From an uncultured Nitrospiraceae bacterium (lineage in GTDB: Bacteria; Nitrospirota; Thermodesulfovibrionia; Thermodesulfovibrionales; Dissulfurispiraceae): 64,000 nucleotides of DNA. The stretch lies in contig CAVPIW010000006.1 of assembly GCA_963705105.1 (NCBI GenBank), positions 1,024,001 through 1,088,000 of the forward strand, in the 5' to 3' direction. The notes under the pieces were generated by a model. That model had not been told where the DNA came from, made no database searches, and saw only the letters and a program-made list of their open reading frames with translations. The position numbers and the translations under genes are program-made. The first letter of the stretch is position 1, and the number at the start of each line of letters is the position of its first letter. Shown one piece after another: positions 49,342-58,627 of the stretch.

Positions 49342-50349
49342 TTAAAATTGCCTCAGAAAACGAATATCATTTTCGAAAAATAGCCGTATGTCGTCGATGG
49401 AATATTTGAGCATGGCGATGCGTTCGATGCCCAGGCCGAAGGCGAAACCGGAATAGAGCTCGGAATCATAGCCCACGTTCTCCAGGACGACGGGATTGAC
49501 CATGCCCGCACCGAGCACTTCGAGCCATCCCGACGTCTTACAGACCCTGCATCCCTGGCTGTTGCAGATGATGCAGCCAATGTCGATCTCGACGGACGGC
49601 TCAGTGAAGGGAAAATAGCTGGGCCTGAAACGGACGGGCGTGTCCGGGCTGAACATCTCGTGAACGAAGGCAATGAGAACGCCCTTGAGATTGCTGAAGG
49701 TGACCCTCCTGTCGATCATGAGCCCCTCGACCTGGTGAAACATGGGTGTGTGGCTCACGTCGGCGTCGCAGCGGTAGACCTTGCCGGGGACGATGAACCT
49801 GACGGGAGGCTTCCTCTTCTCCATGCCCCTGACCTGCACAGGTGACGTGTGCGTTCTCAGGACGATGTCTTCGGTGACGTAGAAGGTGTCCTGCATGTCC
49901 CGGGCAGGATGATCCTTCGGTATGTTAAGGGCCTCGAAATTGTAATAGTCGAGTTCGACCTCGGGACCCTCCTCGACGGTGAACCCCATCCTGACGAAGA
50001 TGTCGACGATTTCAGCGAGGGTCCTGTTGATGGGATGCTGCCTGCCGAAAGGCACGTATTTGCCCGGCAGGGTGACGTCGATGGACTCGGAGAGGAGGCG
50101 GGCCTGGAGGGCGTGCCGCTGCAGGGTCTCTTCCCGGGCGGCGATTTCTTCCTCGACAAAGGCCTTGAGCTCGTTGACCTTCTTCCCGGCGATGGGACGC
50201 TCGTCGGCAGGGAGGGATGAGAGAGACTTCAGCTCCGCCGTGACGATCCCCTTCCGGCCGAGATATCGGACGCGGAGGTCCGAGACCGCCTGCAGACTCA
50301 CGGCGGCTTCAAGGTCCCTGAGGAAGGCCTGCCTCGTGTCGTCGATCAT
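49342..50349 (-). CDS. pheS: Phenylalanyl-tRNA synthetase alpha subunit
   Basis: [37 protein letters not shown]. Confidence 0.98.
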   Translation of the reverse strand: MIDDTRQAFLRDLEAAVSLQAVSDLRVRYLGRKGIVTAELKSLSSLPADERPIAGKKVNELKAFVEEEIAAREETLQRHALQARLLSESIDVTLPGKYVPFGRQHPINRTLAEIVDIFVRMGFTVEEGPEVELDYYNFEALNIPKDHPARDMQDTFYVTEDIVLRTHTSPVQVRGMEKRKPPVRFIVPGKVYRCDADVSHTPMFHQVEGLMIDRRVTFSNLKGVLIAFVHEMFSPDTPVRFRPSYFPFTEPSVEIDIGCIICNSQGCRVCKTSGWLEVLGAGMVNPVVLENVGYDSELYSGFAFGLGIERIAMLKYSIDDIRLFFENDIRFLRQF

Positions 50350-50392
50350 GGATGACGCAATGGAAGCGTTGTAACGGCGGGGCCGGGGGCGC

Positions 50393-50749
50393 CTATGCCC
50401 TGGCTGCCTTGACCTCGGTGACGATGTCGCTGAACGCCTTGGGATCGTGATAGGCGAGATCCGCCAGGGCCTTCCTGTTCAGCGTGATGTTCGCCGCCTT
50501 CAGGCCGCTGATGAATTCGCTGTATGTCATTCCCAGGGACCTGACGGCAGCGCTGATCCTTGTGATCCAGAGGGACCTGAACTCGCGCTTCTTGAGCCTC
50601 CTGTCCCTGTATGAAGCGAGGAGCGCCTTCTCCACGGACTGGGCCGCAACCTTGTACAGCCGCCGTCTGCCGCTGTGGTATCCCTTCGCCTGGTCCAGGA
50701 CCTTCTTGTGATATTTCCTTGTCTTGTAGCCACCCTTTGCACGGGGCAT
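50393..50749 (-). CDS. rplT: 50S ribosomal protein L20
   Basis: MPRAKGG...[19 protein letters not shown]. Confidence 0.98.
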   Translation of the reverse strand: MPRAKGGYKTRKYHKKVLDQAKGYHSGRRRLYKVAAQSVEKALLASYRDRRLKKREFRSLWITRISAAVRSLGMTYSEFISGLKAANITLNRKALADLAYHDPKAFSDIVTEVKAARA

Positions 50750-50820
50750 ATGATCTCACACTCCTTTTCGCAGAAGAAATCGCCGGAGGCCGCGGTGCCC
50801 CCCGCTCATAAAGAATATAA

Positions 50821-50850
50821 ATTTTACCGGATACATGGGAGAATCGTCAA
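50821..50850 (-). promoter_or_regulatory. Putative promoter of rplT
   Basis: TTGACG-18 nt-TAAAAT. Confidence 0.55.
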
Positions 50851-51133
50851 GGATTCGATGAACGGCAGCCGAAAGTCCGGACCAGGCCATGAACACCCGG
50901 ACGGGAAGGCTGACGTGGTGAAAAGCCTTTCCGCCAAGATACCCTGTCTATCCCCGGACCACCTTAGCCATGCCTATCGATACCTGAAGCCCGTCAGGGA
51001 ACAGGCACCGGACACCTTATGATGAATCATCATCGCATCGGAAAGGCCCTGATCCATGCCTGCCTTCCCGGGGAAGCAATGAAATTGAAGACGCTTGATT
51101 TCCTGAGCAGAGTCGCGATAGGTACCTTCATCC

Positions 51134-51211
51134 GTCATTCCCGCAACCCCGCACGATGCGGGGGCGTCGGGAATCCTTCTTAGAGAGTGATTCCGGACGA
51201 GCCGGAATGAC
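51134..51211. repeat. Inverted pair of GTCATTCC REP-like palindromes
   Basis: gtcattcccgcaacc...gggaatcc and gattccggacgagccggaatgac. Confidence 0.8.
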
Positions 51212-51246
51212 AAACAGACTGCGCGTCAGGAGGCTATGGACAGACT

Positions 51247-51447
51247 TTAATTGTTGTATGGCAGGAGTTTCTTGACGTTTTCGAGCTGGGCGTCCGCCAC
51301 GAGTCCGCTCTGACGCAGACTCCTCGTCCTTTTCGATGATTTCCCCGTCAGGAGGTGACTCTTGAAGCCCTTGTACCTCTTTATCTTCCCGCTTCCCGTC
51401 ACCTTGAAACGTTTGGCGGCTCCCCTGTGTGTCTTAATTTTCGGCAT
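51247..51447 (-). CDS. rpmI: 50S ribosomal protein L35
   Basis: [21 protein letters not shown]. Confidence 0.98.
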   Translation of the reverse strand: MPKIKTHRGAAKRFKVTGSGKIKRYKGFKSHLLTGKSSKRTRSLRQSGLVADAQLENVKKLLPYNN

Positions 51448-51537
51448 TTTCCCTCCTCTTTATTTCGAACAAAAAGCACCCTCTCACGGCGATCCGGCCA
51501 GAGCGCCGTTTCTCATCTTTTACCGTTCTATTATACT

Positions 51538-52038
51538 CTACTTTGCGCCCGGAGCGACCACCATGGTTATGTGGTTTCCTTCGAGCCTCGGCTGTTGCTC
51601 TATGGTGAATTTCCCTGTCAGCGTCTCCTTGATCCGGTGGAAGATCTTCATCCCCATTTCAGGCCTGATGATTTCACGGCCCCTGAAGAACATGGTCACC
51701 TTCGCCTTGTCCCCCTCGTCGAGGAACCGCCTGATATTCCTGATCTTGAGCTGCAGATCATGCTCGCCGATCTGCGGCCTGATTTTCACTTCCTTGACAT
51801 CGGTCCCCTTTTTCGAGGAATGCTTCTTGCCCATCTGGTATTTGTATTTACCGAAATCCATCACCTTGCAGACAGGCGGTACGGAATTCGGCGCCACTTC
51901 AACCAGGTCGAAGCCTTTTGTCCGGGCCATCACCATCGCGTCCCTGGTGGGTACGACACCCAGTTGTTTGCCTTCATCGTCGATGAGGCGCACTTCCCGC
52001 GCCCTGATACCCTCGTTCACTCTGATATCCTTGCTTAT
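51538..52038 (-). CDS. infC: Translation initiation factor IF-3 (probable ATA start)
   Basis: RVNEGIRAREVRLI, PPVCKVMDFGK, FRGRE; SD GGAGGTG-5 nt-ATA. Confidence 0.93.
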   Translation of the reverse strand: MSKDIRVNEGIRAREVRLIDDEGKQLGVVPTRDAMVMARTKGFDLVEVAPNSVPPVCKVMDFGKYKYQMGKKHSSKKGTDVKEVKIRPQIGEHDLQLKIRNIRRFLDEGDKAKVTMFFRGREIIRPEMGMKIFHRIKETLTGKFTIEQQPRLEGNHITMVVAPGAK

Positions 52039-52074
52039 TTTTTCACCTCCCAGAAAAGTACAGGATTCATACGT

Positions 52075-53973
52075 CTACGTCTTCAGCCTGACTTCTTCCG
52101 TAATGAGCCCGGCGAATTCCCCGATCGTGAAGGGCCCGATGTTTTCGCCCGACCTCTTCCGCACTGTCACATTCCGGTCTTCCACTTCACGGTCGCCGAT
52201 AATGACCAGGTAAGGGACCTTCCTGAGCGTCGCCTCGCGGATCTTATAGCCGATCTTCTCGTTATCGACATTGATCTCCGCCCTCACGTCGGCCTCCCTC
52301 AGGGCCTTGTAGATTTCCCGTGCGAAGGCCTCCTGCCTCTCGGCGATCGTCAGGATCGCGACCTGCACCGGCGAGAGCCAGAGGGGGAACTGCCCGGCAT
52401 AGTGCTCGATGAGGACGCCGAAAAACCGCTCCAGAGAGCCCATGAGGGCCCGGTGTATCATGATCGGGCGGTGTTCCTTCCCGTCGCTGCCCCTGAAGGA
52501 GAGATCGAACCGCTCGGGGTTGTTGAAGTCGACCTGGATGGTGCTGCACTGCCATGACCTGTTGAGGGAATCCTTGATCTTGATGTCGATCTTCGGCCCG
52601 TAAAAAACGCCTTCTCCCGGATCAACCTGATAGGAGAGCCCCTTCGTTTCGAGGGCTTCCCGGAGGGCGTTCGTCGCCCTCTCCCAGCTCTGGAGCGTGC
52701 CGACGTACTTGTCCGGTCTCGTCGAGAGATAGATGTCGTACGCGCTGAACCCGAATGTCCTGAGGATGAAGAGGGTGAAGTCGAGGACACTGAGGATCTC
52801 CTCCTCGATCTGGTCCTCCCTGCAAATGATGTGGGCATCGTCCTGGGTAAAGCCCCTCACCCGCAGGAGGCCGTGGAGCACGCCCGAGCGCTCGTACCGG
52901 TAGACCGTCCCGAGCTCGGCGTAACGGATCGGCAATTCGCGGTAACTTCGCAGCGCGCTCTTGTAGATGCTGATATGAAAGGGGCAGTTCATGGGCTTCA
53001 GCTCGTAGGAGATCCCCTCGATCTCCATGGGAGAGTACATATTTTCACGGTAGAAGTCGAGGTGCCCGCTCCGCTCCCAGAGGTTCAGCTTGGCGATATG
53101 GGGCGTATACAGGATCTTGTAATCCGCCCTCATGTGCTCGTTTCTCCAGAAATCCTCGATCGTCTTCCTGATGACGGCGCCGTTGGGGTGCCAGAGGATG
53201 AGGCCCGGGCCGATGTCGTCGCTGATGCTGAAAAGGTCCAGTTCCCTGCCCAGCTTCCGGTGGTCCCTCTTCTTCACCTCCTCCAGGAAGTCGAGATAGG
53301 CCTTGAGGTCATCCTTGTTCTCGAAGGCCGTCCCGTAGATCCTCTGGAGCATCTTGTTCTTTTCATCTCCGCGCCAGTAGGCGCCGGCGATCGAAAGGAG
53401 CTTGAAGGCTTTGATCCTTCCCGTTTTCAGCAGATGTGGTCCCCTGCAGAGATCGGTAAAGCCATCCTCCTCATAGACCGAAACGTATTCGTCGGGGATC
53501 TCGGAGATGATCTCGACCTTGTAATCCTCGCCCATCTTCCCGAAGAAGTCCATGGCCTCCGCCTTGGACATGACCCTGCGTTGAAAGGGTTTGTCCCTCT
53601 TGATGATCTCCTTCATCTTCTTTTCGATCAGTGCCAGGTCTTCCGGCGTGAAAGGCTTGTCCCGGTCGAAGTCGTAATAGAAACCCTCCTCCGTCGACGG
53701 CCCGATGGTGACCTTCGCATCGGGGAAAAGCTCCTTGACCGCGTGGGCCATCACGTGGGAGGTGCTGTGGCGGTATACATCTTTGCCCTCGGGCGAATCG
53801 AATGTGATGACGTCCACCTGCGCAGAGGGATCGAGTGATGCAAGTGATGACAGGTCCTTCAGCTCTCCGTCCGTCCTGATGGCGAGCGCACGGAAGGGCG
53901 ATGATGCGATTTGCCGCTGCGCCTCTTCAGGCGTCGTCTCCTGCTCAGTCCCGTCGGGAAAATGTAGTTTGAT
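52075..53973 (-). CDS. thrS: Threonyl-tRNA synthetase (probable ATC start)
   Basis: TGS-like IKLHFPDG..., RHSTSHVMA, DLCRGPH, KPMNCP, FYGPKID; GGAGG-5 nt-ATC. Confidence 0.95.
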   Translation of the reverse strand: MKLHFPDGTEQETTPEEAQRQIASSPFRALAIRTDGELKDLSSLASLDPSAQVDVITFDSPEGKDVYRHSTSHVMAHAVKELFPDAKVTIGPSTEEGFYYDFDRDKPFTPEDLALIEKKMKEIIKRDKPFQRRVMSKAEAMDFFGKMGEDYKVEIISEIPDEYVSVYEEDGFTDLCRGPHLLKTGRIKAFKLLSIAGAYWRGDEKNKMLQRIYGTAFENKDDLKAYLDFLEEVKKRDHRKLGRELDLFSISDDIGPGLILWHPNGAVIRKTIEDFWRNEHMRADYKILYTPHIAKLNLWERSGHLDFYRENMYSPMEIEGISYELKPMNCPFHISIYKSALRSYRELPIRYAELGTVYRYERSGVLHGLLRVRGFTQDDAHIICREDQIEEEILSVLDFTLFILRTFGFSAYDIYLSTRPDKYVGTLQSWERATNALREALETKGLSYQVDPGEGVFYGPKIDIKIKDSLNRSWQCSTIQVDFNNPERFDLSFRGSDGKEHRPIMIHRALMGSLERFFGVLIEHYAGQFPLWLSPVQVAILTIAERQEAFAREIYKALREADVRAEINVDNEKIGYKIREATLRKVPYLVIIGDREVEDRNVTVRKRSGENIGPFTIGEFAGLITEEVRLKT

Positions 53974-54070
53974 ATGCGCCTCCGGAAAAAATGTGGTGTC
54001 TATATTAACTGATTTAGAGTCTTCCGTTCAATAACAACCGCCGGGAAACGGGAGTGTGAGTGTAACTAAA

Positions 54071-54351
54071 CCTTTCTGCTGCATGAAAAGGCGGGGCGAA
54101 GCGCTCTGAAATACAGTGTCAGTGACAGTGTGAGTGTCAGCAAAAAGTTCACCTTTTTCAGCCGTCGGCCTGAAATAGCTTCATCGATGTCGGGCCGTTC
54201 GGGGAACGGCCCCTACAGAATTCCACTCTTTGTGTCATCGACCATTGGCGTATAGTTCATCTCTCGTTTTGATACAGGTGTCGCCGCATCAAGGTTTTCG
54301 GCGCATTCACCCCAGCCCCGCCTTTCCCGGGAGTGTATTGTACCGGTAAGG
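54071..54351 (+). mobile_element. MITE copy, TSD TAAA, carrying an internal GTAG-type REP
   Basis: taaa|cctttctgctgca...tgtaccggtaagg|taaa. Confidence 0.85.
54191..54216 (-). repeat. GTAG-type REP palindrome
   Basis: GTAGGGGCCGTTCCCCGAACGGCCCG. Confidence 0.75.
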
Positions 54352-54622
54352 TAAACCCCGTCGTTTCATACACCCCTGGCCAAAAACAGCATACGGTGAG
54401 AGCTTGTACGCGAGGATAGGATGTGGTTTCTAAAGCTAAATTCACGGGTAATGTGAACTGCGGAGTCGGAGGCGAATGCCGAAGCGGAAGCCGCACAGTG
54501 TGCCTGCGAAAATCGGTGTCTTCACAACAAGATTTGCGCAAGAGCGAAGGTAGTTTATTTTGCGAATAAATCATGCCCTATCCTCGCACCATGCTATTCT
54601 GCAGACCAGCAGGAAACAGACA

Positions 54623-55336
54623 CTATTGGTTGTTGCGCACATACAGCCTGCCGTCGACCATCTCGAGCACGCGGTGGCAGCGCCGCGAAAGGGACTCATT
54701 ATGCGTCACAACGATGAAGGTGATCCCCCTGCTCTCGTTGATGCGCTTCATGAGCCGGAAGAGGTCCTCGCCCGTTGCGGTGTCGAGGTTGCCCGTCGGC
54801 TCATCGGCAAGGATGAGCTCCGGCTCCAGGAACAGGGCCCGCGCGACAGCCACTCGCTGCTGCTCTCCGCCGGACAGCTCACCGGGCTTGTGGTCCTTCC
54901 TGGCAAGCAGGCCGAGGTCACCGAGGAGCGTTTCGGCCCGCTCCTTCAGGGACGACGGACGTGCGCCCGCAGCGTCCCGGTGCTGAGACAGGAGCCCCGG
55001 CATCATGACGTTTTCGATGGCACTGAATTCGGGCAGGAGATAGTGGAACTGGAAGACGAAGCCGATGACCCTGTTTCTGAAAAGGGCAAGGTCGCCGTTG
55101 CGGAGAGAAAAGGGATCAACGGGTTCCCCCTTATCACGGATTTTGAATCTCACGCTTCCCGAGGTCGGCCGGTCGAGGGTCCCGAGAATGTGGAGAAGGG
55201 TGCTCTTGCCCGCGCCTGAGGCGCCGACGATGCTCACCATTTCGCCGTGCCTGAACCCTGCGTCGATGCCTTTCAGCACCTCCAGGTCACCGGCAGGGGT
55301 GGTGAAGGATTTTCTGAGGTTTTCAACGACAATCAA
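54623..55336 (-). CDS. lolD: Lipoprotein-releasing ABC ATPase
   Basis: GASGAGKST, GFVFQFHYLL, LSGGEQQR, DEPTGNLD. Confidence 0.9.
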   Translation of the reverse strand: MIVVENLRKSFTTPAGDLEVLKGIDAGFRHGEMVSIVGASGAGKSTLLHILGTLDRPTSGSVRFKIRDKGEPVDPFSLRNGDLALFRNRVIGFVFQFHYLLPEFSAIENVMMPGLLSQHRDAAGARPSSLKERAETLLGDLGLLARKDHKPGELSGGEQQRVAVARALFLEPELILADEPTGNLDTATGEDLFRLMKRINESRGITFIVVTHNESLSRRCHRVLEMVDGRLYVRNNQ

Positions 55337-55590
55337 CTTCTGCCCTTGTCCCCGTACTGCTCATCTCTCGGACCGAATCTCCTGGCCAGGTTCTCCCTGA
55401 TCCTGTCCGCCTTGTCTTTGAGTTCGTCAGCCTCCTGGGCGAGCTTTTCGATCCCCTTCTGCGCCGTGCCGCTCGTGAAGTCGGCGAGCCACCGGATCTT
55501 TTCTCCCCCACCCCAGATGGCGATAATGGTGAAAACAGCCCAGAAAAAGACCGCCCAACCGATGGTCGTTTTGAGAAATTTAAACATCAC
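55333..55590 (-). CDS. Small membrane-anchored hypothetical protein
   Basis: Overlaps both neighbours by 4 nt; N-terminal TM plus coiled coil. Confidence 0.7.
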   Translation of the reverse strand: MMFKFLKTTIGWAVFFWAVFTIIAIWGGGEKIRWLADFTSGTAQKGIEKLAQEADELKDKADRIRENLARRFGPRDEQYGDKGRS

Positions 55591-56816
55591 TCATACCTCA
55601 ATGGTTCGACGGGATTGAGTTTCGCCGCGTGATATGAAGGGTACACGGTCGACAGAAAGCTGATGACGACGGCAGAGAGGGATACAACAACGAAATCGAA
55701 GACCTTCATCTTGACGGGCAGCTTGCTCAGGTAATAGACGTCGGCGGGCAGCTTGATGATCTCGTAATGATGGATCACCTTGCCCAGGACGTATCCCCCG
55801 GCGAGGCCGATCGATGTGCCGATCAGGCCGATCAGGAGCCCCTGGAGCATGAAGATCATCATGATCCCCCTGCTCGTTGCGCCCATGGCCTTCAAGATGG
55901 CGATCTCCCTCTGCTTTTCCATGACATTCATCATCAGGGTGCTGACGATATTGAAGGATGCGACGAGGACGATCAGGATCAGGATGACGAACATGGCGAA
56001 CTTTTCCAGTTTCAGGGCTGAAAAGAGGTTCCGGTTCATCTGCATCCAGTCTCTCGCGTAATAAGGCGGCGACAGTTTCGCGTTCAGCCTCTCCCGCAGC
56101 TCCGACGCGCGGTAGATATCGTCGATCCGGAGCTGGATGCCCGTCACCGTTGAGCCTATGCCGAAGAACTCCTGGGCCGAGGCCATATCCGTGATCACGA
56201 GATTCGAATCGTACTCGAACATTCCCATTTCAAATATCGCTGCTACCTTGAACTGTCTCACCCTGGGCAGCATCCCCAGTGGTCCCATCTCACCCATCGG
56301 GGAGAGCACGTTGACGGTATCGCCGACCATGACACCAAGGTTACCGGACAGTTCAGTCCCTATGATTATTTTCGGCGTTCCGTCCTTTTTTATGAAGTCT
56401 TCGTATTTTCCCTCACGCAGGTGTTTTAAAATGTCCGTCGTCGCAAGCTCCGTGGAGGGGTCGATCCCCCTCAGATATGCGCCGTGCGCCCTCTTGCCTG
56501 CCGACACCATGGCCTGGCCGAGGACGAAGGGCGACAGGGACACGATGTGAGGTTCTCCCCGCAGCTTTTCAATAAGGGCGCCGTGATTCTCGATGCCGCC
56601 CCGAAAGCTCAGAACGACGGCATGGGCATTGGCGCCGAGGATCTTCTTCTGGAGGTCTTCGTGAAACCCGCTCATGACGGAGAGGACGACGAGGAGCGCC
56701 ATCACGCCGACAGCGACGCCGCCGACGGAGACGACGGTATTGAACGACACCCCCCGGTGCCGCTTCTTTGCCTTCAGGTAGCGCAGGGCGATCAGCAACT
56801 GGTAGGGAAGCTGCAT
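55587..56816 (-). CDS. Lipoprotein-releasing ABC permease LolC/E
   Basis: IALRYL, VLSVMSGF, EIAILKAMGA, PVEPLRYE. Confidence 0.92.
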   Translation of the reverse strand: MQLPYQLLIALRYLKAKKRHRGVSFNTVVSVGGVAVGVMALLVVLSVMSGFHEDLQKKILGANAHAVVLSFRGGIENHGALIEKLRGEPHIVSLSPFVLGQAMVSAGKRAHGAYLRGIDPSTELATTDILKHLREGKYEDFIKKDGTPKIIIGTELSGNLGVMVGDTVNVLSPMGEMGPLGMLPRVRQFKVAAIFEMGMFEYDSNLVITDMASAQEFFGIGSTVTGIQLRIDDIYRASELRERLNAKLSPPYYARDWMQMNRNLFSALKLEKFAMFVILILIVLVASFNIVSTLMMNVMEKQREIAILKAMGATSRGIMMIFMLQGLLIGLIGTSIGLAGGYVLGKVIHHYEIIKLPADVYYLSKLPVKMKVFDFVVVSLSAVVISFLSTVYPSYHAAKLNPVEPLRYE

Positions 56817-56822
56817 CGGGCC

Positions 56823-58298
56823 TTACTGTTCAGGCTTGAGCTGGGGAAAAAGGATGACGTCCCTGATGGAGAGGGAATTCGTGAGGAGCATGACGAGGCG
56901 GTCGATGCCGATTCCCTCTCCGGCAGCGGGAGGCATGCCGTATTCGAGGGCCCGGACGAAGTCGTCGTCCATCCAGTGGGCCTCTTCATCGCCCTTCTGC
57001 TTCTCCTCCACCTGCTTCTGGAACCGGGACCGCTGATCGATGGGGTCGATGAGCTCGGAAAAGGCGTTGGCGATCTCGCGGGAGGCGATGAACAGCTCGA
57101 AGCGCTCGACGAGACCGGGATTGTCCGGTTTCCGCTTGGCAAGGGGCGAAAGCTCGACGGGATAGTCGATGATGAACGTGGGCTGAACGAGACCAGGCTC
57201 GACGACCTCCTTGAAGATCTCGTCGAGGATCTTCCCGTGGGAGGCCGTTTTGGGCAGATCGATCTTCTTTTGCCGGGCCCACTCCGCGGCCTGCTCCCTA
57301 TCCTTCATAACGGCTTCCGGCACCCCCGCGGAGGCGAGCGCTTCGAGCATGGGGACCCGGGGCCACGGCGGGGCCAGGTCTATCTCGAGGTCACCGAATG
57401 CCACTTTGCGGGACCCGAGGACCTTGGCCGCGATGTACAGGAACAGCTCCTCGGTGAGGTCCATCAGGAAGTGATAGTCCTTGTATGCCACGTAAAACTC
57501 GAGCATCGTGAATTCAGGGTTGTGCCGCGTCGATATGCCCTCGTTCCTGAAGTTCTTGTTGAGCTCGTACACGCGCTCGTAGCCGCCGACGAGAAGACGC
57601 TTCAGGTACAACTCCGGGGCGATCCTCAGGTAAAGGTCGATTCCGAGGGCATTGTGGTGGGTCTTAAAGGGACGGGCCGTGGCGCCGCCCGGTATCTGGT
57701 GCATCATCGGCGTCTCCACTTCAATGAAGCCCTTCGACTCGAGGAAATCCCTGATGCCCTTTATGATGGCGCTCCTCTTGGCGAAGATCTCCTTCACCTG
57801 GGGATTGACGATAAGGTCCACATATCGCTGCCTGTACCTCAGCTCGATGTCCCGCAGGCCATGCCATTTCTCGGGCAGGGGCCTCAGGGACTTGCTCAGG
57901 AGGGTGAAATCGAAGACCTCGATGGTCAATTCATTCGTCTTCGTCCGGAAGAGTTTCCCCCTGACGCCGACGATATCGCCGATGTCGAGCTTCCTGACGA
58001 GGGCATATTTTTCGCCCAGGACGTCCCTCTTGAGGTAGACCTGGATCTTTCCCGTCGCATCCTGTATATGGGCGAACGTGGCCTTGCCGAAACTCCTCAG
58101 GGCGATGACCCTGCCGGCGACGGACGCGGAGATGTCTTTCTGCTCCAGTTCCTCCTGCGATCGTCCCTCATACGTCTCAAGGAGGGCGCCGGCATTCGCG
58201 TCCTGCTCGAATCGCCCCTGGTACGGCTCGATGCCGGCATCGCGGAGTTCCGACAGTTTCTTCAACCGCTGTTCGATAAGCTCGTTCGTTTCTTCCAT
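56823..58298 (-). CDS. lysS: Lysyl-tRNA synthetase (class II)
   Basis: RYRQRYVDL, GGATARPF, LRIAPELYLKRL, HNPEF, YGMPP; ATG at 58298. Confidence 0.97.
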   Translation of the reverse strand: MEETNELIEQRLKKLSELRDAGIEPYQGRFEQDANAGALLETYEGRSQEELEQKDISASVAGRVIALRSFGKATFAHIQDATGKIQVYLKRDVLGEKYALVRKLDIGDIVGVRGKLFRTKTNELTIEVFDFTLLSKSLRPLPEKWHGLRDIELRYRQRYVDLIVNPQVKEIFAKRSAIIKGIRDFLESKGFIEVETPMMHQIPGGATARPFKTHHNALGIDLYLRIAPELYLKRLLVGGYERVYELNKNFRNEGISTRHNPEFTMLEFYVAYKDYHFLMDLTEELFLYIAAKVLGSRKVAFGDLEIDLAPPWPRVPMLEALASAGVPEAVMKDREQAAEWARQKKIDLPKTASHGKILDEIFKEVVEPGLVQPTFIIDYPVELSPLAKRKPDNPGLVERFELFIASREIANAFSELIDPIDQRSRFQKQVEEKQKGDEEAHWMDDDFVRALEYGMPPAAGEGIGIDRLVMLLTNSLSIRDVILFPQLKPEQ

Positions 58299-58452
58299 AA
58301 ACGTTAAGTATACCGGCCCGGAATTTGGGAAGTCAACGAATGTTGAGGAGACAACATAGAATGACGTTATTCTCACGCAAAGTCGTATAGCACTCAAAGA
58401 ACGACAGAAAAGAATAGACCGTCCCTGGAGATGTCTCATCATCGCATGGAAG

Positions 58453-58540
58453 GCTTTGAACCAATTTGCCTTCCCGGATGAAGCGTCGCATTCAGCCAGG
58501 CTCTGAGACGCTCCATCCCGCCTTTCCATGCAGCAATAGG
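58453..58540 (-). mobile_element. MITE end fragment homologous to 13248-13335
   Basis: ctttgaacca..tgccttcccgga..gcgtcgc.ttcagc..ggct.tgag...cccgcctttccatgcagcaatagg. Confidence 0.6.
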
Positions 58541-58627
58541 TGAAATATTATGACGACGGTTGTTATCTATGCTAAAATGTGAGACGACATAATCGTTAAA
58601 ATCCTATATAACCAGGGAAAGACAGCA

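Noticed and set aside
53974..54070. T-box leader for thrS
   Set aside because: No T-box consensus or antiterminator recognised.
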